A stretch of 61,995 bases of DNA, counting the filler, from Gonapodya sp. JEL0774 (taxonomy: Eukaryota): the NCBI GenBank assembly GCA_027604505.1. It is 12 parts of 12 records of this genome, joined end to end, with 100 filler letters (N's around TTAATTAATTAA, not from the genome) between each part and the next. Parts side by side here need not be neighbours in the genome. Positions count along the whole stretch, not along the records: positions 46,645 to 51,702 come from JADIIX010000796.1; positions 51,803 to 56,853 come from JADIIX010000797.1; positions 56,954 to 61,995 come from JADIIX010000798.1; 9 more parts are not named here. One strand, given 5' to 3'. Below are positions 46,645-59,335 of the stretch, one piece after another (the stretch's first letter is position 1; every line of letters starts with the position of its first letter). The notes under the pieces are model-generated. The model was not told the origin of the DNA. It did not search any database and was given only the letters and a program-made list of their open reading frames with translations. The translations under genes and the position numbers were made by a program.

Positions 46645-47854
46645 ATACGGTTGCTGTCCAAGCGGCGTTCCATGTGAGTCATGGTTATTATATCATTAAC
46701 GTTGCCTCTGCATGCTGAGTAGTCGGGAAATCATCCGCCACAGACGTTCTTCTGGCCCACCTACACATTCTTCCGATATGTGGACAGGAATGACCTATTC
46801 GCAAAGTACAAGATTCATCCCCAAAAATGGGCTCCCAAAGAGTTGAACGAACGCGTCTGGGAGTCTTTGTTGAACCCGAACACCCGAGTCCTTGGTATCG
46901 GACGCATGGTCGGCGCATTTTTCGTTTTCTTCTACAAGAGGCAAAGGTATTTTCGTTCGATTCGATTTCTGCGCCGTCATAGCCTCTAAAACGACATCGA
47001 TCGGACAGCATCACCGAGTTCCCATCCTTCACCACCTTGGTTCGGAACCAAGTACTGGCATATCTTCTCAACGACTTTTTCTTCTACGTCCAGCACCGTG
47101 CAATGTGAGTCGGCTGATGTTACACCAGGGGGCCACGACGGACTTGTCCTCTCGCAAACTTCGATCTGTTTATAAAATTTCAGGCACGAGGTTCCGTCCT
47201 GGTACAAAAAGTACCACAAGCAACACCACGAATTTAAAGTTACCAACGTTGGTGCGACGTCGTGGAACAACTGGGAAGAGTCGTTCGGAATCATGTTGTG
47301 CGCCAACGTGGGTGGCACATCTACACTGCATGACTTTCTAATTTCGAAGTGCACCATATACTCAATGCAACCACCATACAGACCGCCGCCATGCTCACTG
47401 GCATGAATCTTTTCGAGTACACCGTGTGGATCATTCAAAACATCTTTATGGATCTCGTGAGTTCTTTCGGTATGATTGATTCGAAATCATCCTTCACTAG
47501 ACTCTTCAATCGTGCCTCAGCAAATTCACTCTGGCTATGTTATTCCATACAACCCTTATAACCTTTGGAACCCGCCCGAGTTCCACGACTTCCACCACGT
47601 AAGTTTGACCGATTCGATTATTCCATGATGAGTGCGTACTATCCAAAATTACCCGCTTATTCGGCTTCGCTTCTCCTCAAAAACAGTACAAAAACGTCGG
47701 AAACTACGCTGCGTACACTCCGTTCTGGGACTGGCTCTTCGGCACTGACAAGAAGTACCGCGCCTACCTGGCGAGCGAGAAGGCCGGAACTGCGAAAGAT
47801 GACGGACCGACGTTGGAGGACCCGGATGAGGCTGACTTTGGGAAGGCGAAGTGA
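46645..47854 (+). CDS. Sterol desaturase / C-4 methylsterol oxidase-like (fatty-acid hydroxylase family), 5'-truncated
   Basis: His boxes DFFFYVQHR, YKKYHKQHHEF, HSGY and FHDFHH, then GNYA...FWDWLFGTD. Confidence 0.88.
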
Positions 47855-48096
47855 GACCTGACGTGTGATGCCGACCAGATATAATTCAGGAGAATTGTCG
47901 TTTAGTCGCCAATAAGTACATTGCGCTGACTCGCATAATGGACCCAGTTTTGATTGATGACCTGAGTGGGCCAAGGCCTGATCAGTGGTTCGGTCGGGAG
48001 TGTTGTACCGGAACTAATAGTAGGCCTTCATATGTAAATGCAAACATTACTACTGAAATGCACATTTAGTACTGAATATCTGCCTTTTGCTCCGCT

Positions 48097-49161
48097 TCAG
48101 AGATTGTGTTTCCCTCCTCGCGCTTTGCGCTCACGCTCTAGCATCTCAGCCTTTTCTTTGGCATAAACGTCCTTGTCCTTGTCGAGGATCTCTCCTGTCA
48201 CCTTGTCGTATGTCACCTTGAGAAATTTTAAATGAGTGTGATTGGTGCTCCACAATTTCATCAAACGCACCTTGACATGCTCGCTCATCCAGGCGAGAGG
48301 AACTCTCACCCCTGCCTTCTTCTGATCCAAGGAGAATATCAATCTTCCAGGCTGCATTGCAGGATGTACATCCTTGGCGAGCTCTACCGCCCGGTGCGAA
48401 GCGTGAATGTCAGGCACGGTGAAGGCGAGACCACCCATGGCAGCAGGAAGGGCGGTGTCTTCAGGGGATGGGATGGAAGGGCCCGTTACTTCTATGATGA
48501 CGTTCGAGAGACGGAAGAAACCAAATATCCTGGTGTGCAAAAGAGCGTTTTGGATGGGCATGAGACACACGGTGTAGTTTACGTGGCCTGCACTGCTGTA
48601 CTCACCTCCCGTCCCGACCCTTGACAGGTCCAAGTCTCCGAGGCTTAATGGCGAGCTTTGCCTCAATGGACGCAACTGTGCGACGAACGTCATTCGCGTA
48701 GACAACGACGTGGTCCAGTCTGTTCACACCGTTTGGGTGGGGAGGTTGTGATGTGGATCGGGGTGGCTCCTTGTTCACGACTGGCGGTAGGAAAGCGCAC
48801 GAAGAGCAAGAAAAGGGTTAAGCGATGATAGACGTTATGGTGAGACCTCGAGCTGTGGCATTGGTGCCTGCAAACCTTTCGTAGTCACAAACCCATCCAG
48901 TGACAACTCCAGAGGAGAATCTACGCTTTCGTCCAAGAAATTCCACTCAAGGATTCCCGCTCCTTTGAATCCTCCCTTTCCACCGTCGGATTCCTCGCGA
49001 TCGCCGACAACGGTGTCTCGGAATCGGAGATCCACTGTGCCGATGCGAACATAACTCGAGCCGTCCGAGTGAGCGTCCGCGGGTGAGATGTGGAAGCCGG
49101 ATCGTCTCCAGCCGGAGAGAGAGTCAGCGATCGTTAAGGAAAGAAGCTTTTGAACGCCCAT
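48097..49161 (-). CDS. Glyoxalase-like (VOC) protein of bacterial type, with introns
   Basis: LTIADSLSGWRRSGF...GILEW...LDGF; HPNGVNRLDHVVV; GFFRLSNVIIEVTGP; GLAFTVPDI; PAMQPGRLIFSL; AGVRVPLAWMS. Confidence 0.75.
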
Positions 49162-50023
49162 GATATTTATTGGTAAGGTATCAGCTGGTACCACCACGCA
49201 ACCGAGATAAACACGATGACTCTTGTACACAGTTCCCGTCTGATGCCACCGCCGTCCAGACTTCGCCTTGATCCAAGTTCTATCCTCTCGCGCTCTGCTC
49301 TGCTTCTCAAAGGCCCCCCCTTAGCACTTGCCTCAAAATCGCCAAACAGCTTTCACCAGCAACGCCCGGCCTCAAGGCTCTCTTGGACGGTCTCGACACG
49401 AATTTTGCCAAATCTGCTGCCAACGACACTGTCTTCAATCAACAGTTCGACGCGGCCAGGACACGTGCACAAACTTCGCCAGCAGAACCGTTGCAACGTT
49501 GTTCAGTACCATTGCATCTGCGTGCAACGCTTACAATGCGAACAATGCACCCAAGGCTGTAAGAGCTTCGTCTATCTATGGTCAAACCTGGGGTGGAGCT
49601 CTTGCACATCTGATGGCAGGTCCGTTCTTCCTGAGCTGCACCTTTATTGTCCAGTGAGAAGCTGGATGTCCACACACTCGTCCATCATCATCATTATCAT
49701 GCAGGACTGTTTGCTGCTTTTATATAAAGGCGGATGGTGATCTCGAGATATTCCAAGCAGACGGTCGGCAGGACAGCGCCCAGGGGACGGTGGTCCTTTT
49801 AAACGTATATATTTACATCAGCTTTGGTATTTAATTCAGGACCTATTATTGGGCCCGAACACGCTTCATGAGTAAATTATAGGTTCATTGTAGAAACTCC
49901 CACGGCAATCACATCAATTGCATGCATGTCGCATCTCGTCTAAATGAACACAATAACTTGAATTGAACATTTTTTCTATTCTTCTACAATCAGTGACATA
50001 TTCTCAACTATAAAGCCGCGCTC

Positions 50024-51507
50024 CTATGACTTTGAACGGCCCATCACCTTCTCAAGCACCTTTCCCGCCGCAAACTTGATAAAAAACCCCCATGACATGT
50101 ACTCCTTCATCTGCTTCACGAGCCCCATGGGTGTATCCTCAGTGAGCAAGAACAGCGCCAGATTGTCCTTGCTCTCCTTAGCCAGGGGTTCCACCCGGGC
50201 GAACATGGCCCGTTCATACTCCGTCACCGCGAGTTCGAGGCTACTTGAGTGCCTGAGCGACGCGAGAACCTCCGCAAGGCTCGCTGAATCTGCAAGTGCT
50301 TGGTTAACGCCTTCACCGGCAAAGGGGGACATGAGGTGAGCCGCGTCGCCCACGAGAGTGATCATGGCGGCGCGAGGTGGAGACCCAGGTGTCGGCGTCG
50401 GGCGAGACCAAGAGTGGCCGACTGGGAGGGCGAAGATCTTGCGGGGAGTGACGGGGTTGGTGTTGGCTGTGATGAGTGAGAGAAGGACCGGACTCCAGTT
50501 GGGAAACAGCGACGCGATGTGCGCGTTGACGGCCTTGATGTCCGATGCGCCCGCAAGGGAGTTTTCCGGAGCGTCCAGGAAGTCCTCGGGCACCGCGAGA
50601 GACGCGTAGATCCTGACAGACCCGCCAGAGTTGCGCTGGATGAAGAATCCCCGGTGCTGTTCAAGGGCAATGACCATACCCCGACCTGCAAGCGCGCCCG
50701 CGGTTGGGAAGTCCGGGGAGCCGGGGAGTGGAATGGAGTCGGCGTTGTCGATGGTGATGTCGTAGAAGGAGATGCCCGAGTACTCGGGCTTGACTTGCGT
50801 GAGGTGGGATCGGGTGCGAGACCAGGCGCCATCAGCGCCGACAATGAGATCGGCCTGGAGAAGTTGAGAATCGTGGACATTGGATTCCATGTTGGGTCCA
50901 TCGCGAGCCTTGGCGACTCCGTCGGTGACAGTTTTGAGGCGAACAGCGTATGGCCCACCAACGGGATCCTCCGTTATCTCTGCCACCTCAGTACCCCATC
51001 GAATAGTTCCTGGAGCAAGAGAGTCGATGAGAAGGTCCCTCAGCTGGGTGCGGTCGATCTCTGGGCGGAGGAACATGGTGCCAAAGATGGGGCTGGGACC
51101 GCCCGAGCCGACGTCTGAGTACACGACATTGAGGTGTTTGTCAGTAACTTTGAGGTCTGAGGTATATGAGGAGCACAAGAAGGTCAGTTCATGATAACTT
51201 GGCTAAAATCAACTCCACCAAGGACTTCCGCCTTAACAGGGCAAAGCTCACCTTCGCCTTCGGGCCTGGCCAGTTTCATGAATTCGGCGTGTAGGCCAGC
51301 CATCCTGAGCGCCCACTGGCCCGACTCATTGTGCAGATCCAACGATCCACCCTGCGGTCTGTGGTGGCGATGGGGATCACGTTCGATGACGACGACATTT
51401 GTTGCACCCTTCAGTTGCAATATGCGGGCAAGAGCGAGACCAGCGGGGCCGGCGCCGATGATGAGGATGCGGAGGGAGAGAAGGGGCGATGGAGAAGTCG
51501 CGAACAT
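50024..51507 (-). CDS. FAD-dependent monooxygenase, TetX-like family, one intron
   Basis: IIGAGPAGL, RPQGGSLDLH, RPEIDRTQLRDLL, DLIVGADGAWS and TLVGDAAHLMSPFAGEGVNQALAD. Confidence 0.92.
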
Positions 51508-53173
51508 ATTGAGTACGTTGGTTGACAGTGGGTCGAAGAAAGGTCAGATCTGGCGGTGAAACTCGGCACGCTTGATGATTCGGGAACTGGGAGCTCACCA
51601 AGGAGACGACTATTTATAGATGGGGGGGACGCAATCAGTTCTGATGGGCAAATCATGGCTGTCGGATAATCGACTATTTCCCTCTGATGGACACAGGCGA
51701 CGNNNNNNNNNNNNNNNNNNNNNNNNNNNNNNNNNNNNNNNNNNNNTTAATTAATTAANNNNNNNNNNNNNNNNNNNNNNNNNNNNNNNNNNNNNNNNNN
51801 NNAGGCCGGAAGAAGAGTAGACACACAGAATAATGTGTACAGACAATGCGTGGGTGTGCGCCGAGTACTACTTGTCACAGTGTCGCTTTGCTTAGCGGAG
51901 AAAGCCCAATATATTGCCACAATGAGGACCCGCCGTTGTGCACCACACGGGGATCCTGGAGTCAGAAAAGCGAAGAGCACACACAGACGTTTCGTTTTAG
52001 TCACAACTCGGAGAGATGCCACTCTCGCTTCTCCCTGGCGTTTTTGTTTGCTGTGAGTTTGAAGTCACCTTTCCAGCGATCTAGGTCCCCTGAACTCGAC
52101 CAGAAACGTCGCTCCGTTTCCCAAATTCACCAAGCTCGCTGATCCAGCACCGAAAGGGGCCGATTCGTTCAGTTCGCTTCAGAAGGGCTTTCAAGCCAAG
52201 TCCACCACTCACCAGAAGTTTCCCTGTGCTTATTTCCCAGTCCTCTGAATGCCAGATATCCAGAGTTTATCCGAATTTGCCGAGATTTGTGGTGTTTCCT
52301 GACCCGATTGAAGGAGTTTTCGTGGGGGCTTCTTCGATTTGGGGTTGTGACAGGCTGAGTGTCCAGTATTACCACCATCACGCGAGTGCGTCCCTCACAA
52401 ACCTGCAACCACACAAATGTGCCAAATTCTAACCCGCTGCATTCAATCTAAGACAGAAAGGTATTTATCTATTTCTGATTTTGAGTTTGTTGCTCTGAAC
52501 AAGTCTTTGCTTCTTTTCCCCAAAACGTCCCAAAAAGGATATATGTATACCGGGAGGATTTAGCCGCGTTAAACGCAAAGCACCAGCCAACGCTTGCTTT
52601 ACTCTAGTATCATCCATGTGTGGCTGCGCAGTTGATTTTCGTTCCAATTGCCCGTTCTGAGGAGTTGCCGTACGAAACTCATTTCCGATGTCATATCTCC
52701 GATTTCCCAGTTCGCAACCCTGCCCGGCTTCAAATGGACAGCATTGAGTATTATCACTTGTATTTGAAACGTGAGAAACGACCCCAGCTGGGCTGGCGAC
52801 CCTCAGTGATGTGCTGGGCCGCCGAGCAGACACCGGCAAAGTCCCGATAGAGGTGTGACCTGGTGTGCCGGTGACCCAGCCGGAGAAACTTAAAATTAAT
52901 ATTATATTGGGAATAATGATATTTCATTCAGATGTGAACGAACAAAACTCAAGGTCTACTATAACGCAGGTGCACGGTTTCACTCCAACGGAAAGTGAGC
53001 TACGATCCTTCGCGGGAGCAAAATGTGAACGACAGAGGGCAAATATATCATCATTTACGTACATATTCTCCATCCCGAGATCCGCACACATTCGATCTCA
53101 TGCTTACATTTGTTGGTCTGTACCTGCTGCATCTCTCGCGTCGCGCTGGCTGTGGGTCTAGCTAGTAGCTAGT

Positions 53174-55439
53174 TTATGCGCGTTCAGCCATATGGGGATC
53201 AACCCATCCCTGGTACCCTTTTCCTGCTTCCCAGCCTACTCGCCGTGGAAACCGAGATCGTGATGTTTGCCTCAGAGAGCGGTGGAAGCCGGCGATGATA
53301 TCTGAATTAGCACATGTGTGAGACAGCGTCCATTAGATCACTTCGGACAACTCTCGGAGACTGAATCTCACCAGGATAGTTTGTGAGCTCAAAGCGTACG
53401 CCAAATTCGTCGCATGTTCGGCGCAAGTCATTGTATAGATAGACGTGGTATGCGTGGCTGTGATCACGAGAATGGTGCGGACACATCAATGAGATAAAAT
53501 GCGCCTCAACTACTCTCCAGGCACAGCCGCGGATTGATCTCACTGACTCTATGGTGGGAAATAAGTGATGTAGTGTATGATCTCCAAATGTGGTGATAAC
53601 GGGCAGGAGACCCGTATTGTAAGCTTCGCGCCGATCGGCGGTGGCTTCGAGTTGGAGATAGCCGAAGTCGCGTGGTATTTGAAAGTCACCTTGTCTGAAA
53701 ACGTAATCGGTGTGATGACCGGCGTAGAGACCTTTTTCGCAATCGAGGAATAAATCAAGGAATTCAGATGTCATGCACGCCGCGTCAAACGCACCAATGT
53801 TCGCCGAATAGAAAGCGGTGACTGCGTATACAAAGGTGTTCATAGTAATGACTTGTGCGGCAGCAATCAAGGCATAGTAGACAGCACTTCGTGGTGATGC
53901 TATCAGCTGACCCGGTTGGAGCATTCTTCCTATCGTGAGAAGGCGGATTCCTATGCCAGCCAAAGTATTGAGCCATGACAGATATTCTAGATGGAAAAAA
54001 TTGTCTGAATAATGTGATCAAAGGAGGATCAGGACCCCAGCCTCTCACCATCAGCGGGAAAGACTTGTAATCGTGTCAACAGCAGGAGGGGTTTCAAGAG
54101 GTACAGTACAGATGGACCGCCCAGCAAAAGCGATTCAAACACTACGCGGCATCCGTAGAATCGCATTATTGGGCGCGGGAGATAGCTTGGAGATATTCCC
54201 GCTTACCGAGCAGTGGCTTGAAGCTCTCTTTCCGATTCAGGCCGTAGAGTTCTGGGTAGAAATTTAAGCTTAATAGAGATGTGAATTCCACATCGAGAGA
54301 TGTATTTGGATACATGTGGTGAGAAAGTGCTGGGGGTCATCACGTGCGTTAGAAGATACGAAACCAACAATCGCCTATCAATTAACGTCTCGTTTATCCT
54401 CACCGTGATGAATGCGCATCGAACGCGCAGATCCATTCGCTAAATTCACATACAGCATCCTCTTGTTGTCCTTCATGTGAGCGTAGTTGTGCCCAATAAC
54501 CACAAGCGCGCCTCCGACCAGTCCAGCCCCAAGCGTGACGGCCCCCGCCCAACCTGCGCCTAACCCCAAGGGGTTCCCCGGCCCCACAACAACCGGTCCG
54601 AGGAACGCCAGAGCTCCCATCGCACCTTCATAAAGGAGTGCACAAGTGTCCGCGTAGAAGTTGGTCCACCAGCGTGGTTCGGGACCGATTTTCCGTATGG
54701 TTTCCCGAACGCGAGACCGTAGGGTGTCATAAAAATCCCCTGGAGTGAACGTGAGAGGGCTTTCGCGGGACCAGTCTGCTTGGCGAACATAGTACTTGGG
54801 GAGTATGTTGGCGCGAATGAAGTCTATGTTCGGGTGATGTGATTCGAAGGCTTCGGTACTACGAGCGAAAACCATTTGCCGCGAATTCTCAGATTCCAAT
54901 ATCTCTGGTGTGGATCTGACTCAAAGGTACACCAGACTCACATGTCCGCGCCTTTCGTCATGGTTAACCATTCGGATCCACCAGGATGCCTTTGAATGAA
55001 GTCCGAGAGGTCACTGCATTTGATGTTCCCGCATTTTGGTAGGTCGTGTTTGTCGGCATAATACGAGAGGTAAGTCCGATCAAGATCGTCGACCCAGACA
55101 CAAGTCTCACTAAAGATTATCATGTATTCTCCACAAGCCATCTGCCTTGACGTTGTAGTCTCGCCGACTTTGCAGCCATTTCCAAATGTCAGGGTTACGA
55201 TTCCCGATAACGCTGGAGGGGATTCGTACATAAATTGTGAGGAAATCAGGGTTGCACACTCGTAGCTATGGACATGATCGGGAAGTTTTCTCACGAATCG
55301 AATGGTGGGAAATCTTTTGTCTCCATGTGCCGTTGGACCTTCGTTGAGGGAGACAAATATTGGGAGAAACACGTCTGGGTGAAGGAAGCTCCTCCTGGGG
55401 ACGCGCCGTCGGCACTACATCGCGTACGACAACCGTCAT
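53174..55439 (-). CDS. Cytochrome b5-fused desaturase-like protein (Cyt-b5-r type), copy 1; start approximate
   Basis: DLSDFIQRHPGGSEWL..TKGAD/STEAFESHH, FYDTLRSRV, GHNYAH, RIHH/ALSHHMYPNT, GHH...GD...DFG.LQ and TFGDHTLHHLFPT. Confidence 0.85.
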
Positions 55440-55543
55440 CGGGATCGCCAGCCGACAAATGCAAATGAGCGAAACTTATTCAAAGTATGCTAAGCATGTA
55501 CATCTCTAGATATTGTCGTTATGCATGTCTATTTAGTTCACAC

Positions 55544-56853
55544 TCACTCCTCCTTACTGCCGGCCTGCAGTTCTCCCTTGGCCGCACTGATACCTCCCAT
55601 ATTTGGATCTACCCATCCTTTATACCCTTTGCCGTCCCATCCGACTCTGCGGGGGTGCTCGGTACGGTACGTTCGCCAGAGGGAACGGTAAAATCCGGTG
55701 ATCATATCTTTAACACGAAAGAATGACTTGATGAGGAAAATGGTCGATCACTATATGTCTACTGAGCTGCAAGTACTAACCACGGTAGTTTGTGAATTCA
55801 AACCGAACCCCGAACTCGCGGCAGGTTTCTGCAAGTTCCTTGTAGAGGTAAGCGTGGTAAGCGTGGCTGACGACACAATCGTAGAACTAAGTTATATAAT
55901 CGTGAAAACTGCATGAGGGACTTGTGTATATACTCACTCAACTGTGGGGAAGAGATGATGCAGCGTGTGATCCCCAAACGTAGTAATCACAGGAATGAGA
56001 CCGTTGTTGTACACGTCTGCGCGATCCGCCGTGGCCTCCAGTTGGAACAAGCCAAAGTCGGTCGGGGGATCGAAATCACCCTGGCGCCAGATGTAGTCGG
56101 AGTGGTGACCGGCATACAGCCCTGTAAGAGAGTGGGCACATCAGTTGTGATCTCCGCCCGTGTGAAATGCAAACAGGAAACCGACCAATATTGCCACCGT
56201 ACATTGCACTGATACCGAAAACTACAGCATTGGTCGCGATGACCTGTGCAGCTGCGATTCCGGCATAGTATGCGAAACTCGTGGGGGTTGCAGTAACTTG
56301 TCCGGGAATCAGCTTGTCGATCGCATAGAGTCGGACACCGATACCGGCCAGCGTGTTCATCCATGACATATACTCTGTGGCAGATAGAACACACGACATT
56401 AAAGAGGAAATTCAGATAGGAAGACCACACGGAGTTCTCACCGTCAGGGGCGAGGACGAGACTTCGTGTGGCCAGGAGGACTGGTTTCAGGAGATAAAAC
56501 ATCGAGGTGCGACTGAACAACATCCACTGGAAGTCTAAAACACCATCGCATTATATGAGCCATAGGCATATTACGTAAAGGTGTTTCAATAAAACCAAGC
56601 ATCTCTGCCGACGAAAACTCACCAATCACGTTTTTCAGGGTCTCATTTGATTTTCTTCGCGGCAGCTCTGGCCAAAAGTGAATGGTTGGCTCGAAAAGGG
56701 GATACTCCACATCGAGCGAAGTATTCGGATAGAGGTGGTGGGATAGGGCTGAGGAAGTCACGCCACAAAATATAACAATGACAAAGATAAGACGGAATAT
56801 GCGATTCTTCAACTCACCGTGATGAATACGGAACATGCGATACGATCCATTGG
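55544..56853 (-). CDS. Cytochrome b5-fused desaturase-like protein (Cyt-b5-r type), copy 2, 5'-truncated
   Basis: FRIHH/ALSHHLYPNTSLDVE, SWMNTLAGIGVR and a C-terminus PRRVGWDGKGYKGWVDP matching copy 1. Confidence 0.85.
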
Positions 56854-59335
56854 NNNNNNNNNNNNNNNNNNNNNNNNNNNNNNNNNNNNNNNNNNNNTTA
56901 ATTAATTAANNNNNNNNNNNNNNNNNNNNNNNNNNNNNNNNNNNNNNNNNNNNAAAACTCCGGGTCAGTTTTGGTGTCTGGGAATATTCGGGTGTGGCGT
57001 CCTCGTCCTCGCTCCCAACAAGCCAAGAACGAAGACATCCGTCATCCATCTCAATCCCATCTGGAGTTTTCCACTTTCCGTCCCGCGCTCTTCTTCTCTT
57101 CTCTTTCGCCCTTTCCCCGCCGTCGTTTCTTCCAGCTTTGCCCTCCCGCTCCCCAAACCCAGTTATCCCGCGATTTTCCGTCCCGTTCCCTTCGTCCATC
57201 GATCCGCTCCAATCTCACCTCCTTTCTCTTCTTTTTCTCCTCGCTTGTCGTCTTCCGTTCTCCTTCCTGTCCCCTTCCGCGCGCAGCTCTGTTTCTCCAA
57301 CGTTGTGGGTTCAAATCACCTGATTCGGTCCCTGACAATGGATTCCCTCCACCCCCCCACTCGCAGTCATACAGACCAAAATAAACCTCGTCCTTCAGCC
57401 CAAACAGCCCAACCTGCAGTCCTCAAACAATTCAACCCTTTGACCAAAAAAGAACTCAGCGCCCAGATCGACGCCTTCGCGAACAATCCAAACTGGCTGC
57501 ATCAACTCCCCGAAACGAAAACCGAAGAATCCCATTCGTTGGTTTTATTCTTGCACCATTTATTTCTTGTATTTGCCACAACGCTACGTACAGAGAAATT
57601 ACTTCTCTTCTCGATCCAGAGCATGATTCACATGTTTCTGGTCCCGAGGCCTTCCCATATATCATGCACAGCCGACACCGACCTCGGGCAGTCCCTCTCT
57701 CACATGCTCGCTCAGGCCTTACCACCGCCCGCTGTCACACGATTTATTATTGTGTGCCGACAGGAACCTTCGACATGCGACTGACGGACCGAACCAAATG
57801 AAACATCATACTTCACAGATTAAACTCAACCGGCACCAACCAACAATCCGATATCATATGAAGCAAATACTGTATTGAAATACTTCCTGTTTTTTATTAT
57901 CGGCCCCCAGAAAAGTCCGAGTACAACTTACCTCTTACGTGTCCGTGACGCAATAACGTCCAGTGCCCCGTCAGGGCATCCCATCCCACCCCCGCCCATT
58001 CACGCCCCTCAACCCTCCTTCCCACAATCCGCCCACGATCCGACCGTGTGTGCGGGTCTGGTTCAGCCTTGATGGGTCGCGCATCCATTCGTTGCGTTCG
58101 TCCAGTGAATGAGAATATCCCACGCGGTGGGATTGTAAGTTCGAGTCGACGTTGACGGCGCGGAGGACCAAGTTAAATAAGAAGAATTGTTAGAAATCCC
58201 GGTGTGTAGGCGTCACAGCTCAAGCGCGTCCCTGTGATACATATGACTGGGTAAGCAAAATTGGATTAATCCAAAAGTCATTTTCCAATGTTGAACCACC
58301 AGGATTGCTCCAAATGAATGATAATTGAGATCACACTTCATAACGTCATCAGTGCAGATCACAGCTCAAATTCAGCTTCATTGTTGCACTACACCCTTGA
58401 CTTTTTTGTGGTTGATCAGTGCAATGCACCCAATGGTCACTCAATGAATTTACTGTTCGAACATAAAGCAAGATCATGAAGTCAGTGTTGATAATCCATG
58501 CTCAACACTGATTGATTGTATACCAAGTAGAGTTTTAATGCAATTGGTCAACTTTCTGTCTGCTCCAATGTCCTCAACTCGCTTCATGACGCAGGAAATG
58601 CCGGCGCTTCCGAAACGTCAGCGTTTTCTGGCAAAAAGTTGCACCTGAACTTGTGCCGTTCGGTGGTTGGCGGAACCCAGGATGGGTGAGTCAACTTGAG
58701 TTCATGTTGGTGACAGCAAAATCAACGTTCCAAGTCTTCACAAAACGGAACTCGGAAAACCTATTGCAAATATAGATTCTAGACAACCTCGACAGCATAT
58801 ACCTAGATTCTGGACATCTTCATAGATGAGTCCCTAGGTTATCTAAAGCTACCTAGAATTATGTCTAGATATAGAATCTAGACGGCTAGCGCGCTCTCTA
58901 GCAGATCTACATACTAGATAAAGATAGATTCTAGCGTTCTATCCAGAAAATCCCCGGCCGTGTAGCGGTGGTAAAGTAATCGCTCTAGCAGTGCTAGAAC
59001 CCGAAATGTGAAACCCAGTGGTGCACACAAAAGGTTGCCATGACCATGAGGTTCCCATGCAAGGTTCCGCTGGCAGATGAAATGCCAAATCCGTAGAGGG
59101 GCATGTTCTGAGTTCGAAAATGAAAGCCAAGCACGGTCATCGCAGCCATCCAGTTCGAAAATCTGATCGGTTTCGATGTGGCCGTCTCGGCAGCGGGAAT
59201 GCGCGGATTGTGTCGACCATCGACAACGAGGTCCATCTTCCACCCACGTTGGCGGAAACACTCAGGTCCCTAGATGGTAAGCTAATGAGATTCAATATGA
59301 AGACAAATGCGTTGCAAAGAAACGCGGTCTAACTG

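Noticed and set aside
51803..53160. Several short ORFs
   Set aside because: No recognisable motifs or consistent splice model, so left unannotated.
5106..56953. Regularly spaced TTAATTAATTAA motif flanked by N runs every ~5.1 kb
   Set aside because: Artificial six-frame-stop linker between contigs. It is not a biological repeat or CRISPR array, and ORFs running into X residues are artefacts.
56954..58100. Pyrimidine-rich tract and ORF 57245-57784
   Set aside because: Could be a gene start or UTR, but no family could be recognised and no supportable model built.
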